Source: the human T2T-CHM13v2.0 reference genome, Homo sapiens
DNA length: 64,000 nucleotides
Assembly (NCBI RefSeq): GCF_009914755.1
Contig: NC_060947.1
Reading direction: 5' to 3' (one strand)
Position 1 is the first letter of the stretch, and the number at the start of each line of letters is the position of its first letter. Of this stretch, positions 1-40,973 are shown piece after piece. The position numbers and the translations under genes were made by a program. The notes beneath the pieces were generated by a model. The model was not told where the DNA came from. It made no database searches and saw only the letters and a list, made by a program, of their open reading frames with translations.

Positions 1-362
1 TTATATTACAACTTTGTAGTCAAACATTTAACCTAATATCCTCTATTGCAATTTGTGCTCAAAACATTTACTAATCTCAATGATCTCTCTCCTCAATTGA
101 TTCAAGAGATGAGCACTGGGTCCCTGATTAGCACCATGCATGACAGTTTTGTATTGGCCTTACTTTCCTGCTATAGTTGGTACTAACTGTACCTGGACTA
201 TGATGTAAGTGGGGAAGGAAGAGAACAGGTGCACATGTGAGGAAAATGAAACACGTCACACTTCTTTCCCCTACAGGTGGATAACATCTAGTAGCCAGAC
301 TCTGCTCTTTTCTCTGAGGCAACAGGGAATGTGTTCCCCTCTAGGTGGTGGTTACCACTTAC

Positions 363-3126
<2,764 letters not shown>

Positions 3127-3224
3127 GACTAGCCCGAGACCCTGCACCACCGCACCGGGCGATTGGAACACAGAGAGCGAGACGCGGAGTCCCCGAGTCT
3201 CCCCGGAAACTGCCGAAAACTTAC

Positions 3225-3536
3225 GAGCGTCCACAACTGAGAAGGGCCGGAAACACTGTACAATTTTGTAGAGGGTAAAGTATGGGAGGCTGTCCGGAAA
3301 GTGGCAACAATTTCAGAGCGCCCCCTGCCGAAGGTTACCGAAAACTATATACAAAGGTTCTAGTGTCGGAAATTTCATAGGTCTTCAAGTGGAGCTTTCT
3401 TCATTGTTTTTTTTCTATCCTAAGGAATCTTTCCCGCCCCCCACCCCTCCCCTCTCCTTATAACTTCACCATATTGTTTCTATCACCAGCAGAGCCCGCA
3501 GCGCTCTGAGATTGGGCCTCCCTGGCCCCTGGTGCC
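3225..3536 (-). other. TSPAN6: Putative alternative non-coding TSPAN6 exon
   Basis: Strong acceptor CTTCATTCTTTTCCTTCTCTCTAG| at 3536 and donor CTC|GTAAGT at 3225 on the minus strand. Confidence 0.6.
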
Positions 3537-6376
3537 CTAGAGAGAAGGAAAAGAATGAAGAGGTTAAAAGCGACCTAAGAAAATACATGGGAAAATACCC
3601 ACAAGAAATATATTTGCAAAAAGAAAGCGGATTGCAAAGCAATACATACAGTCACGTGTGCTTAGACAAAAACTGAAAGGAACAGTGAAATTTACCTCTG
3701 GTGGAATTAGGCTGATTTTTTTCTCACTTGTGTGCTTTTCAATTTGTGAACATTGTTTTATGGGTTAGGAAGGGGAGATGTGAATGGAGGAAAATAATCA
3801 CCACTTGTTGAAAGAATTTCTAAGCTAGGTATTAAAGATAATAATGACTTTAGAATTTACCTGCAGGACTTTGCAAAACCCCAGTATTCCTCTCCTTTTT
3901 TATCCCCTAAGTAATTGGAAAGTTGAGGGAAAGTATTTTTACATAATAGTGAAATGTAAGTTCAGCTATTCGCTGTAAACTTTTAAAAAGAGAGAGTGCA
4001 ATGGAAAAATCCCTGGTGAGTGTGACCTCCTCTTAAATGTTAAAACAGAAAGGCACTGTACATTCCAGCCACCTGGTTTTTCCCATCAAAACCCAGCTGA
4101 TTACAGAGAGATTAAAACCTAATGTTATATATTGTGAATATATTGGTCTATGTTGTTACAACACAGGAGGTGCGTTAAGGTCTGATTTCTCAACTAAAGC
4201 GTCAGCTCTTTGAAGGCAGAGACTGAGTGTTAAGTGAGTTTGTGTTATCTCTAGAGGAACGGGGTTAGAAGGCTGTATCAGTTCCCTATGCAATCCAACC
4301 CTTCATCATTGACACAAGCTTAATATCACAAGTGGCTATTTACTCTATTGCCATTGCAAAAAGACCTGCATTTGTGGAGGAGAGATGAATACTCAAACTT
4401 TTCTGCTTGAAACGTTGCTTTAAACATACACCTCAGGACCAGAACACAGGAAAGTTCCATTGACTTGGTCACACAGAGCTTCCCTGTGCTTCGAATATTG
4501 ACCTAGGACCAGTTCCTATAACATCTTGCCAGACGTCTGAGGTGCAAGGCAGCAACTGTTGGAAAATTAATTATTGCATTGCCAGGCTTTATACTAAAAT
4601 TTTTACTAAAATTTGAAAGGCCTAATACACAAATACATGGAGAGAATGGATAAACGATACATCTACATACACCTTCAAACACTTTGAGGTAAAGTCGTTA
4701 GGAAATACCAAATATTCAACATGGTGGAGGGGGGTGTCTAAGTATATGCAAAGATTTCTCCCTAGGCTAAATGACCCCAACTGAAGGGTTCTTATACTAA
4801 AAACAAGGATCAAGGGAAGTCTTGATAACTTCTTGTCATCTTAAAGAGAAGTTTCTCTGAAACTTAGATATGTACTGAAAGGGATTTACAGTGTGAGCCC
4901 AAGAGCAAAGAAATATGTCTGTAGCTGAAGAAAAAACAAAATAGCAAAGCAAAAGCCACATCTTATTTCCAAGAATGTGTTGACTTTCCTCCTCTCCCTT
5001 CCTCTACCACTCACAACGCTGCTTTGTTTGAATAACACTCGGTGCCAAATTAAACCAAATGCTGACATGGAAATTCATATTCCTATGGCTACAACACCTT
5101 GCACCATTGCCTCCTACTCTGCTACACCCACTTCCATCTCCCCACCCCCACAATGCCACCAAACCGAGAAATTCAATTTAGTTCAAACCTAGGCCTGGGT
5201 TTGGGTACAAACCCAGACCAAAGGGGCATCTAATCCCGTTTAAGGCAATTTAAGAAGTATTTCCCTAGGCCACTAGATAAATGTATTCTTTAAAGTATTA
5301 ATAATGACTGTGATAATAAGTATTGACTGTATACCAACCACTATTGCTAAGAGCTTGATACACATTACCTCGTATGCACACATCACAAGAACCCTATTAT
5401 GAGGTTGACACACCTAGCACCTTCATTTTACAGATGAAGAAACAGGTTGAAAGAGACCAAGTAAGCTGCCTAGGACTAAACCTGGGCAACTTCTGTGTCT
5501 TTCATCAGAAATGGGGCCCACTTTGTGATGAAACATAGCTGCTGTTGTACGTACAGCTGCCTCTGCGCAGAGTAACCTGAGTAAAGACTGCTGTTGCACA
5601 GACATTTAACCTAAAACAAGGACTCCTCGGAGCCTCTGAAGCTTAAGAACCTCAATGATTGCCCCAATTCTGCCTTGCACTTGGGGTTTTTTGGTTGAGT
5701 TTGGCTTTTGCCTTCACTCCAATAGCCCAGCCACCTAGGAAGTAACCCTACCTGCCCCAGAGTGGTAAGGCAGAGAGTTCAGTACTTTTTCTTGTTCAAC
5801 CTCTTAATTTCTCCCTCTTTCTGAGCACAGAAACACAATTTGATGCCAACAATGTAGGAAAAAAGGAAAATACTTTAAGTATTGTTACTGCTTGTTTTAC
5901 ATGGAACATTTAGTAGCCCCCCTTCCCAATTAATTTCCTGTAACCTTCAAGATTAGGTGTAAATGTTTTTCATTGCTAGACATCAGGCAAGGGAAATGAC
6001 ATAAACAAGGGCTCACTGTTAAGTCAGACCTCCCTTGTGCCACCTCCAGCCTCCCTCCATCCCTACCAAGCCCCTCATCCCAATACAATCTCAACTGATT
6101 TCCTACTGCTTTTCCAATGTGAATTTTCTGCTCTGTACCAGGTCAGTATGATCAACCCCCCAATTAAACAAGTCCTATTCCCTAGTCCCTGCCCACCCTC
6201 AACTTCACTCATACTTTCTGCTTCTACTGAATATCCAGTTCAATCCCAACTCAGTAAAAAGTCCCTCCTTCCTCACCTCTTTCTCTAACACCATAACTGT
6301 CTTAACTACACACTCACTCCCATTAACCCAGCCCTTTAGTCAATTACTGCAATATCTGCTTTGCATTTCTACTTAC

Positions 6377-6425
6377 CTATTCTACATCCTACCGTCTAGA
6401 TGTTCAGAAACTACTGAAGAGCTAG
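6377..6425 (-). other. TSPAN6: Putative distal alternative first exon of TSPAN6 (5' end uncertain)
   Basis: Consensus donor TAG|GTAAGT at 6377 on the minus strand, upstream of the 3536 acceptor; agrees with my recollection of an upstream-initiated TSPAN6 isoform. Confidence 0.45.
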
Positions 6426-6719
6426 TGTGGCAGGGCCCCTATGCCCCCTTTTATACTCTCCTCAGTACCCTAGGACATAATGCCCAATTGATGAGTTCAT
6501 TTTCTGCTCGGCCAATCCCTGTTGAGCTGATTGCTCATTGAGGTCATAACTGGTCTCTGGGAGCAACCACATAGTAATTACTCAGGATTGATTGTTGAAA
6601 TTAAATAAAAAATTAAATGTCTAAGCCATCCCAGTATCACACTATAATAAAACAGAAAAAATTAAATTGAGTACCTAGATAATGTCTTGGGACATTCCTC
6701 TCTCTCTCAGGAACCACTA

Positions 6720-6753
6720 AAATAATAACAACAACAATAATAATAATAATAAA
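6720..6753. repeat. (AAC)n/(AAT)n microsatellite
   Basis: Seen directly. Confidence 0.85.
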
Positions 6754-7190
6754 CTGTATCGCTGAGTGTACATCTTATCTCTTATTCACATAATAACTTT
6801 ACCATTTTCATTTTCTAATCCCTTTTCTAGCATCCCTTCAATTACCTTTGGCTAAGTGCCTATCATAGAATTTAAAGGCGCATCCTACTTATTTTCTTAA
6901 TATCTCATATTTTATGTTACAGCCATCAGATACCTCATTATTTAAACAGTTAATTCATATGTACAGTTTTAAAAATCCATTTCGTTAATGGAATATCTCT
7001 TTATTTCTATTGTCTCTTGTGCATTCCCATTCTCCTTCTCTGAAATTCTATTCTTTGTCTATTTTTATGCCCTTGTTTTCCATCCACTCCTTTCAGATGC
7101 TCTGTGAAACCTTTCCTCCCTTTCCATCCCTGATCTTGCCTTCTTCAAAAAAGCTCATAATATACAGTTTGGGACACATAGACATGATAA

Positions 7191-7488
<298 letters not shown>

Positions 7489-8633
7489 ATAAATACTTTT
7501 AAATGGTATTAAAATTGACAATTCTATGTCCATTTTCTAAGAAAGTTGTTTCTAGTCTAGCCTTGTTGAGCTTTCCTGAGATCTCAACTAGGGAAGTCAG
7601 TTTCCATATCTAATATTTCGTAAAACAATACCTTATTTACTGCTGAGGGGCTTCATATTAAAAGTCTTAAAGTTGAAAATGGTACTGAACTTTAAGAAAC
7701 TTAAGAAATTGAGTATGCCTGGATGCTGTCAGTCTCCTTATCCACCTTTGTCTTATCCTCCCAACCAAACCATAAAGAGAGGTGTTTTATTTTACTTTGT
7801 AGCCTCACAGTATCTAACGTTGTGTTTTACACACTGAGTATGTGCTGCAGAAACATTGGGGTTATTATAATTAACCTCACTTGTTTTGGGTGAGCTCTTT
7901 ATATTATTAATCCCAATGCTTTGCAAGAATGCTGTCTCTCTCTTCTGACATATCCCCTTACTTTGATCTCCCTATGATTTCCATATTCTCCCCCTTCACT
8001 TTCTTCTTTAACCTCTCTCTGGAACCCTTCTGTCCCACTGCTTCCAGCTTTCAGTGGGATTGAGGCCTTACGCAGCATCTTCACCCTGGCATGTGCTAGG
8101 CTTTGTGTTGGATGGCTGGGGATATGAAGAAGACTAGGATAAGGTTCTTGCCCTTATAAGCACTCATAGTCTAGTAGGAGTCAGAGATAAGTAAAGAACA
8201 ATGCCAATAAGTGTGAAAAGTCCTAAAATTGAGATATGTACAAAGTGCTGTGAGAGAAAAGGAAGGCAAAGTTAACCATCTTGGGCTGGGATGGGCTGGG
8301 GGAAGGTTCCTAGCAGCAAGGGTGGGTAGAGTTCCAACAAGCCAAGAAAGGAGGGAAGGGACCATGGAGCAGAGTGAACACGTCTGTGCAGAGGCTCCAG
8401 GGTGTGAAAGGAAGAACAAGAAGCTCAAGGAAGAGCATGAGGCAGAGGGTGTCCAGAATGAGGAGGCATGGGGTGAATGCTTAAAACTAGGCTAAGGACA
8501 TAGGTGGGGTTTGCTTGTGAAGAACATGGTATGCAATGCTAAGGAACTCAGACCGTACACTATGCCAAGAGGGAGCCAGTGAGGGGGGTCTAAGAAAGAA
8601 AAAACTCTGGTAGAATGTATTACTTTGCTTGTT

Positions 8634-8649
8634 CCCTCTCTCTCTCATA

Positions 8650-8710
<61 letters not shown>

Positions 8711-8738
8711 CACATACTCAAACACACAGACACACACA
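8634..8738. repeat. (TC)n(CA)n compound microsatellite upstream of SRPX2
   Basis: Seen directly. Confidence 0.95.
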
Positions 8739-9452
8739 TTTAATATATTCACTATTTTCTCACACACGAGTTTAAAATAAACTCCTATATCTGATTTTCT
8801 GGCCCTACCCTATTTATTCAGCTTTGTTTTCTATCTTTCCCTGAAACCTCTTAGCAGTTAGCCTCTCCCTCCTCTGACCTAAAGGTGAACTCTTGTTGAT
8901 GGCATTTCCTTTGCCTGAGGCTAGACCAAGGCCCACCTCTTCTCAGGTGACCCCCTCCTCTGACTTCCTCCTAGCGTCCTTAAAGTCTGTAACACAGCTT
9001 TTGGCAGTCTATTACGGTAGGGAGTTGTATTGTTTTCTAATTGATTGTGTCCCTCTTCTCTCCCCTACTAAACATAAACTCTGGGAGCTGGAGAGTAAGC
9101 TCCATAAGATCAAGAATCACACATTACTTGCTCACCACTGTATCTGCAGTGCTTAGCTTATAGTAGATGACCAGTAAAGATTCCCTAAACACACACAATT
9201 GTAATTAAGAACATGCTTGTTTGATGTCTGTCTCCTCTGTTCCATGAGGGCAGGGATTTTTGTCCATTTTGTTCACTGATGTTTCTCAAATACCTAGAAC
9301 CATATGTGGCACATAATGGATGCTCAACAAGTATTTGTTGAATTAATTATGGATTACAATGCCTGGGATTTTGTCTGTCTTGTTCACCACTACATCCACC
9401 ACTCTTGACATGGTAGATACTTGATAAATTTATGGAATGAATAAGGCCATGA

Positions 9453-9768
<316 letters not shown>

Positions 9769-10279
9769 CACATCTTCTTTACGTAGCTATTACACTGTTA
9801 AGCAAATGGTAGACACTCAATACATATTTGTCACAGGTGAATTGGAAATGAAGCAGGCTCAGGCTTGCTTTTGAACTTTGTATTCTCATAAGTACAATTC
9901 TTCCCCTTATGACTGAGAAGGGGTTACCAATTTGCTTGCATACACAGGAGAAACACCCTTTCTACAACAGCTTAAAATTCTTCCTTCTATAACCACTGAT
10001 TTTCCAAGAGATGGAAATGTCAACCGTGAGGGGAGGGAGATTGTAAGTAGCTGCTCTGTGCTATGGCAGAATAGTCTCATTATCAGATACTAAAATGAAA
10101 AAATCTTGCTGAGTGAAATGTAGCCCTCCATCAGAGACCACTGGGAAGCAGCTAGATTTGCTCAAACAGCCTCCCAGTAAAGCCTCTCCAGGCATGCTTT
10201 CCCTCCATTCTTAGTGTGGGAAATCAGTCTTGATCCTTCGGGCAAGAAGTACATGTTTTTTGTTTTTTGTTTTTTGTGT

Positions 10280-10620
10280 TTTTTTTGTAAACAATATAAT
10301 CTTAACAGAAACTGAAGTCCAGAGAAGTTAGGTCACTGGCATGAGGGTTTCAAAGCGTATCTGACGTGATACCATATAGATTGCAAGACAGTTCAGAGTT
10401 GGGAGTCTAAGGAATTACAGGAGAAATCTTAGGGAATGTCAAAGTCAGCTACAGTCTTCCCCTCTCTTTGGTGTTTGTGAGTGTTTATGAAATTCCTTTT
10501 CATTCAATTCTTATGTCATGCTGAGTCATAAAAAGAAGTGTTCTTCAGTGCAACACATCTCTGGAGGCCGCTTAAGCCAGCCTCTGTGTTAGTCATCACT
10601 ATATTCACAGGCTTGGAGCC
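10280..10620 (+). promoter_or_regulatory. SRPX2: SRPX2 proximal promoter (CpG-poor)
   Basis: Forkhead TGTAAACA at 10286-10293, TGCTGAGTCAT (ARE/MARE/AP-1) at 10519-10529, CATAAAAA TATA-like element and TTAGTCA at ~10589, all upstream of exon 1. Confidence 0.6.
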
Positions 10621-10947
10621 AGTGCCATTCACACTTCCCCCTCTTCTGCAGCAGACGGACTGAGTTCCTCTAATCCCTGTGTTCCTTCTCCCCCATCTTT
10701 CTAAAACCCTTCTCTGAGAGAGGAATAACTATAGCTTCAGGGATAATATAGCTTTAAGGAAACTTTTGGCAGATGTGGACGTCGTAACATCTGGGCAGTG
10801 TTAACAGAATCCCGGAGGCCGGGACAGACCAGGAGCCACTCGTTCTAGGAATGTTAAAGTAGAAGGTTTTTTCCAATTGATGAGAGGAGCAGAGAGGAAG
10901 GAGAAAGAGGAGGAGAGAGAAAAAGGGCACAAAATACCATAAAACAG
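10600..10947 (+). other. SRPX2: SRPX2 non-coding exon 1 (5' UTR; start approximate)
   Basis: Strong donor CAG|GTAAGA at 10947, upstream of the exon 2 acceptor at 12625. Confidence 0.75.
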
Positions 10948-12094
10948 GTAAGATCTGCAACTAACCCCTCCACACTCCACTACCCCAATTCACAATTGTG
11001 AAGGGGATAAGGAGACCCAGAACTTGGGCAACATGGCTGGGGGTGGAGGTCGGGGGGAAGTTCTTTTATGAAGCTGGATCATATGCTGCTTTTCATTTGT
11101 GCCGTGACCTGACTGCAAACACATGTTCCCAGCAACTTCTCAGCCCACAGCAGAGGGATGGGATGGTTGACTCTGGTGAGTCAAGTATTAAGCCTGAGAT
11201 TGGGGAGAAGCTGGGCAGGTACGAGGTCACAGGTTCAGGGATCTGAAAAAGGAATGCCTCTGCTCCAGAACGAAGGAACTGGATGGAGGCTAGATGTGGG
11301 AGAGGGGTCAGTGATTAGTTATCTAATGTTCACTTCCTGGACCTCTCTTTAATCTCCTCTTTCTGCTCCTTTTGTTGCCTCTTTCTGCGTTTATCTATCT
11401 CTTTCCTTCAGCTCTGTCAGATTTTCTTTCCTTCCTTCCCACATCTTTCTACTTCCCTTGCCTCCTTCGTTTACTCTCACTTTTTCTCCGTCCTGCTTCC
11501 CTGTCACTTTCTAGACAAAATCTGAAGCCAAGTAGCAATGAACTAAAAAATACACTTTTCCCTTTCTTGGGCTTTGCATGTCCCTTAGGGACTCTGGCCA
11601 GAATCTACCACATTTTTGTTTCTCTATTTCTAGGACTGACTCCTCCCCTGAGCATGGCATTTCATTGAAAGCCCGTGAGTGAATGGGTGCTTGCTGAAAT
11701 GCCCAGTGGCCAATTTATACCAATGGGCAGCAAGTTTTAATACTGTCATTTACAAAGTATTTGCCCGCTGGGAACCACAAAACTCTCGTCCCATTAGGGT
11801 GAGGACAGGGGAGGAAGTGAGAGGGCAATTGGAGCTTGTTCACCCTCTCCTCATGTACCTCAGCAGGTCCTCCTCTACCTCGCTGACTTCCTGCTGGCTC
11901 AGCAAGGTAAAACTAGAGGGTTAGGCTGGACTTGAAAGCCAGAAGCCACTACCAAACCACCAAGCCTTAAAACCCAAAGCTAAGAACAGAGCCAGAGTCC
12001 AGTTACTGCCTGGGACACTAGAGAAGGGAAACATTCAGTCCTGTCCAATACAAAGTTGGTAATAATATTGTCTAATATATAAATTACTTCCCTA

Positions 12095-12275
12095 TATGAC
12101 AGACAATAATCAATTCATGAGGTAGACAGTATTATTATTCCCATTTTATAGATGAGGAAACCGAGGCTTAGAGAAGTTAAAAAATTTGTCCAAGACCCTA
12201 TAGCTAATAGGTGACAGAATTGGATTCACATCCAGACCTGTGTAACTTCAGTGTTCAAATTCTTAGACCACATAT
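12095..12275 (-). mobile_element. MIR SINE; similar MIRs at ~5330-5480, 15305-15530, 21000-21165, 22000-22215, 34200-34450, 38860-39080, 40225-40390, 46060-46215 and 48420-48660 (mixed orientation)
   Basis: MIR core CCCATTTTATAGATGAGGAAACCGAGGCTTAGAGAAGTTAA. Confidence 0.8.
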
Positions 12276-12739
12276 GCTAACGCTTTCCCAGATTAGTGGC
12301 TAGGAAATGTTAGTTGAATGAATGAAACCTAATGGCAGCCTTTAGGTCACCAGGTTCCCTCCTGGTTCTGTGTAACTTCATGTTGGCCTTTTCCTGGTCT
12401 CAGTACTTCAATGTCCCTCTCTATAACTTGGACCATGAAGCATTTGCATCTGATCCCACCAGAGTCAGATGAAGATTGGTTGTTTTACATCCTCCTCCTC
12501 CTGGGAGGAAAAGGGACCATAAATAACAAACAGAGTCTTGTTATTCTATAACATGAAAGATCCTTATGAGGGAGATAATATAAAAGGCATTCATTAATTA
12601 TAAAATCTCTCTTCTTCCTCACAGATCCCATATTTCTGCTTCCCCTCACTTTTAGAAGTTAATTGATGGCTGACTTCTGAAAGTCACTTTCCTTTGCCCT
12701 GGTACTTCAGGCCATATACATCTTTTCTTGTCTCCATAA

Positions 12740-37444
<24,705 letters not shown>

Positions 37445-37508
37445 ACTTGAGCCAGGGCATGGTTAAAGTCAAGGGAAAAGCTCCTCTAGTTAGCTGAAAC
37501 TGGGACCT

Positions 37509-37737
37509 AATAAAAGGAGGAAATGTTTTCCCACAGTTCTAGGGACAGGACTCTGAGGTGGGTGAGTTTGACAAATCCTGCAGTGTTTCCAGGCATCCTT
37601 TTAGGACTGTGTAATAGTTTCCCTAGAAGCTAGGTAGGGACTGAGGACAGGCCTTGGGCAGTGGGTTGGGGGTAGAAGTTCTTCCTTTCCTAACCCGGGC
37701 CCCTGCCCAGCTCTCCAAAGTCTTTCAGAAAAGTAAA
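37509..37737 (+). terminator. SRPX2: Candidate SRPX2 proximal polyadenylation signals
   Basis: AATAAA at 37509-37514; variant AGTAAA at 37732-37737 followed by a TG/T-rich stretch. Confidence 0.5.
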
Positions 37738-37838
37738 TCCTAAATTCAGTGATGAACTGGCTGTTTTAACTGGTTCCTCTACCCTGAGGTGACAGCAGAG
37801 GGCAGCACGAGCACAACAGAAACCAGCTTACACTTTAA

Positions 37839-38196
<358 letters not shown>

Positions 38197-40935
38197 CAAA
38201 ACATTCTTGAACTTGTTTGTCATTTCCCCTTCTAGGGCACTGGGCAGCAAATGTTATCTGAACCATTGCTTCACTGTTAGAAAAACCCTGCAGTGGGAGA
38301 GAGCTTGGTAAGATGTATCCAATCAGAGCAGAATGTTCTCTGGGGCCCTCCAGCTGGCTCACGGGCAAGAACCCCTTCTTCCTGAGGCCTCCCGTTTCTG
38401 TAGCAGAAGGCAAACGATTCTCTCCCTTCCTCAGAGGAGTCCCCAGCTTGTTACTTAGGAAACTTCAAAACCACCACTGCAGGTCGTAGGGAAAGAAAAG
38501 AAAAACAGACTCAGCCTCATGTATTAACTTCTTCAGATACTTGTCCCCTTTTGAGAGATGAGCACAGAGCAGGTGGGAGCTATAGCAGCACAAAATCAAG
38601 CCTTACCAGGCCTAAAATTCGAGGTGGAGCCACACACAGATCCCTGCTCTGACTGCAGTCCCTCTCAATGGTGTGCCAGTGTCTGAAAGACAAGTGTTCT
38701 CTCCCTTGCTGCTGAGAGCCTTCTTTCATACAGTCATGGAACCCAGAGTCATAGCTAAGACTCAGCAGCCTCTCTCCTTCAGCTTTACTCAGGGGGTCAT
38801 CAGTGGATGACTTGAGGGGAGAAGGAAGCAGGCTGGGTGGGGAGGCAGAGCTCATAATGCTCAAGCACTATGTGCCAGGTGCTGTTCTAAACACTCTACT
38901 GATTGACTCCGAAGCCTTCACAAGAACCCTATGAGGTAGGTACTGTTATTAACCCCATTTTACAGATGAGGAAATTGAAGCTGAGTGAGATTAGGTAATT
39001 TGCCTAAGATCAGACAGCTAGTAAGTGGCAGAGTCAGGATTTCAACACCAGCAGCCTGGCTCTAGAGGCAATGTTCTTCTTAGACATTATGCCATCCTGA
39101 CGCTACTTCTTTTCCTACTTTCCATTTAAAGACAACTGAAAGCTGTAAGCAAGGAGAAACTTTCCATGTTCTATAATCCTACCCAGACACAAGGCTCAGA
39201 GTGGGCTCAGGAGGAAAGAGGGAAATGGAAATGAAAGGGTCTCAACCTGAGAAAATTCAGTCTTGAAAGCGGAGTGATGGGACATAAATCATGAGCCCAG
39301 AACAAATTGGGGGAGCAGTGAGTCAGAGAGAATCTCCTTCCACTGGGATTTTAGTGGAAATCTCATTTTTAAAATGCAATATAAAAAATTAGGGAGTTGC
39401 TGGGTAGAATGGAACATGGAGGAAATGTTCAAAGTTGGAGCAAAAAGGTCCCTTCTCCCTCTTCCCTCCAGGGAAATATGGGAACTGTGAGAGGCAGCAG
39501 GCAAGTTATGGGCAGAGGCAGATACAATGAGTTCATGTGGGAAATTTCTGGTCAGACTAGCTCTGTGGTTCCAAAGGCAAAGACTGCACCTTGGGCGAGA
39601 TGAATGCCCTTCGTTGTCTTTATCACTAACACTTCAAATGGGGCAAGCCAGGACATACTAGCAGGTCAAAGGCCCAAACAGCGGAGGCCTACTACCTCCT
39701 GAACAGAGCTCCACCTGGACCTGACTCAAGGAACATTTATATGCAACTGAGGAGCTTTTGTTTCATTTCATTTTGAATAGTCAAGTCAGTCTTGCTTTCT
39801 TTAGGTAAAGTTTTACAGTAACCTCCTTTGTAGTCCTTTGAAGATGAGGATTTGAGAAATCCCAACTCCTAAAGTAGGGGAGAGACAGCAGCAGAATATG
39901 ACCCACAGCCAGACCCAAAGGGGCTAGCCCGACCCCTGTATATATTGTACCTCTCTCTCTGCCCACCTCTCCCCCACTTCTCCCCACTGCCCCATTCTCT
40001 CTTATCCTGCCTATTCCTCTCCCCTATTTCTCTGTCTCTCTCTCTCTCACATACACACACACTCACTCACAAGCAGTACAGTCACTAAGTTGGCTAGGTA
40101 ATATCCAAAGCATTCTGATTGTCCTACTTTTTGTAAATTGAACTTATTTAAGATATTTTAGAAGAGATGAGTCACGTCTTCCTTTGACCCTTCACCCATA
40201 ACACACATACCATTCTCACAGGAGGCCACATGGTGCAGTAGAGTCAGACTTTGATTCAAAGCCCAACTCTGTCACGTGACAGTAGGCTTGAGTTTCCTCA
40301 TCTGTAAAAAGGGAAGATTTCCTACTTCATAAAGTGGTTGGAGAAATTAAAGAAATAGTATATGAAGCCTTGCACATAAAAAGCATTTGATATATATTAA
40401 TGCCCTTTTGTACAAGAGGTCAAGAATTGCTTGGGTTCTACCTAGAAATCAAGAGCCTTATTTCTGAGCTGGGTTACTTGGCACCTGTGTTATTTCTCTC
40501 TCAAAACTACATAATGGTAGGAGGAGTAAAAGAAAAAGTCCCCGCCTCCCAGAGAAATTGAAGGATCCAGAAAGAAGTGCTTATAGCAGGGAATGTCTCC
40601 CCTCACCTCCTGTATGAACATCTCTCTCCTTCCTCCAGTATAGGAGGGTCTGCAAAGCTAAAGGAAGAGTTCCTTTGTTACAAGATAGAAAAGTGGTGCC
40701 ACTTTAAAGATGATTTCTCAGTGTTCTCCTTAGATACCAAATACAAAGGACGAGGGATCAAGCTCAGCGAAAGTATCAGGCATTTAAGGTATCAGGCAGC
40801 AATGCGGGGAAAGGTGAATTTTCTTCAATCAGCATAGGATGGTTAGGGAAGAGCATTTATCACTTTGGTTCTTATCCTTCAAGCCAGGGGAAAAGCAACA
40901 GTGAGGACATCAGAGACAAAAGCATTTATAGAACT

Positions 40936-40973
40936 AACAAACACAAACGTTTGACAAGTGAGAAAGCTTTATT
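40936..40973 (-). terminator. SYTL4: SYTL4 polyadenylation signal with GU-rich downstream element
   Basis: Minus-strand AATAAA at 40968-40973, followed ~20 nt later by GTTTGTGTTTGTT (40936-40948). Confidence 0.75.
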
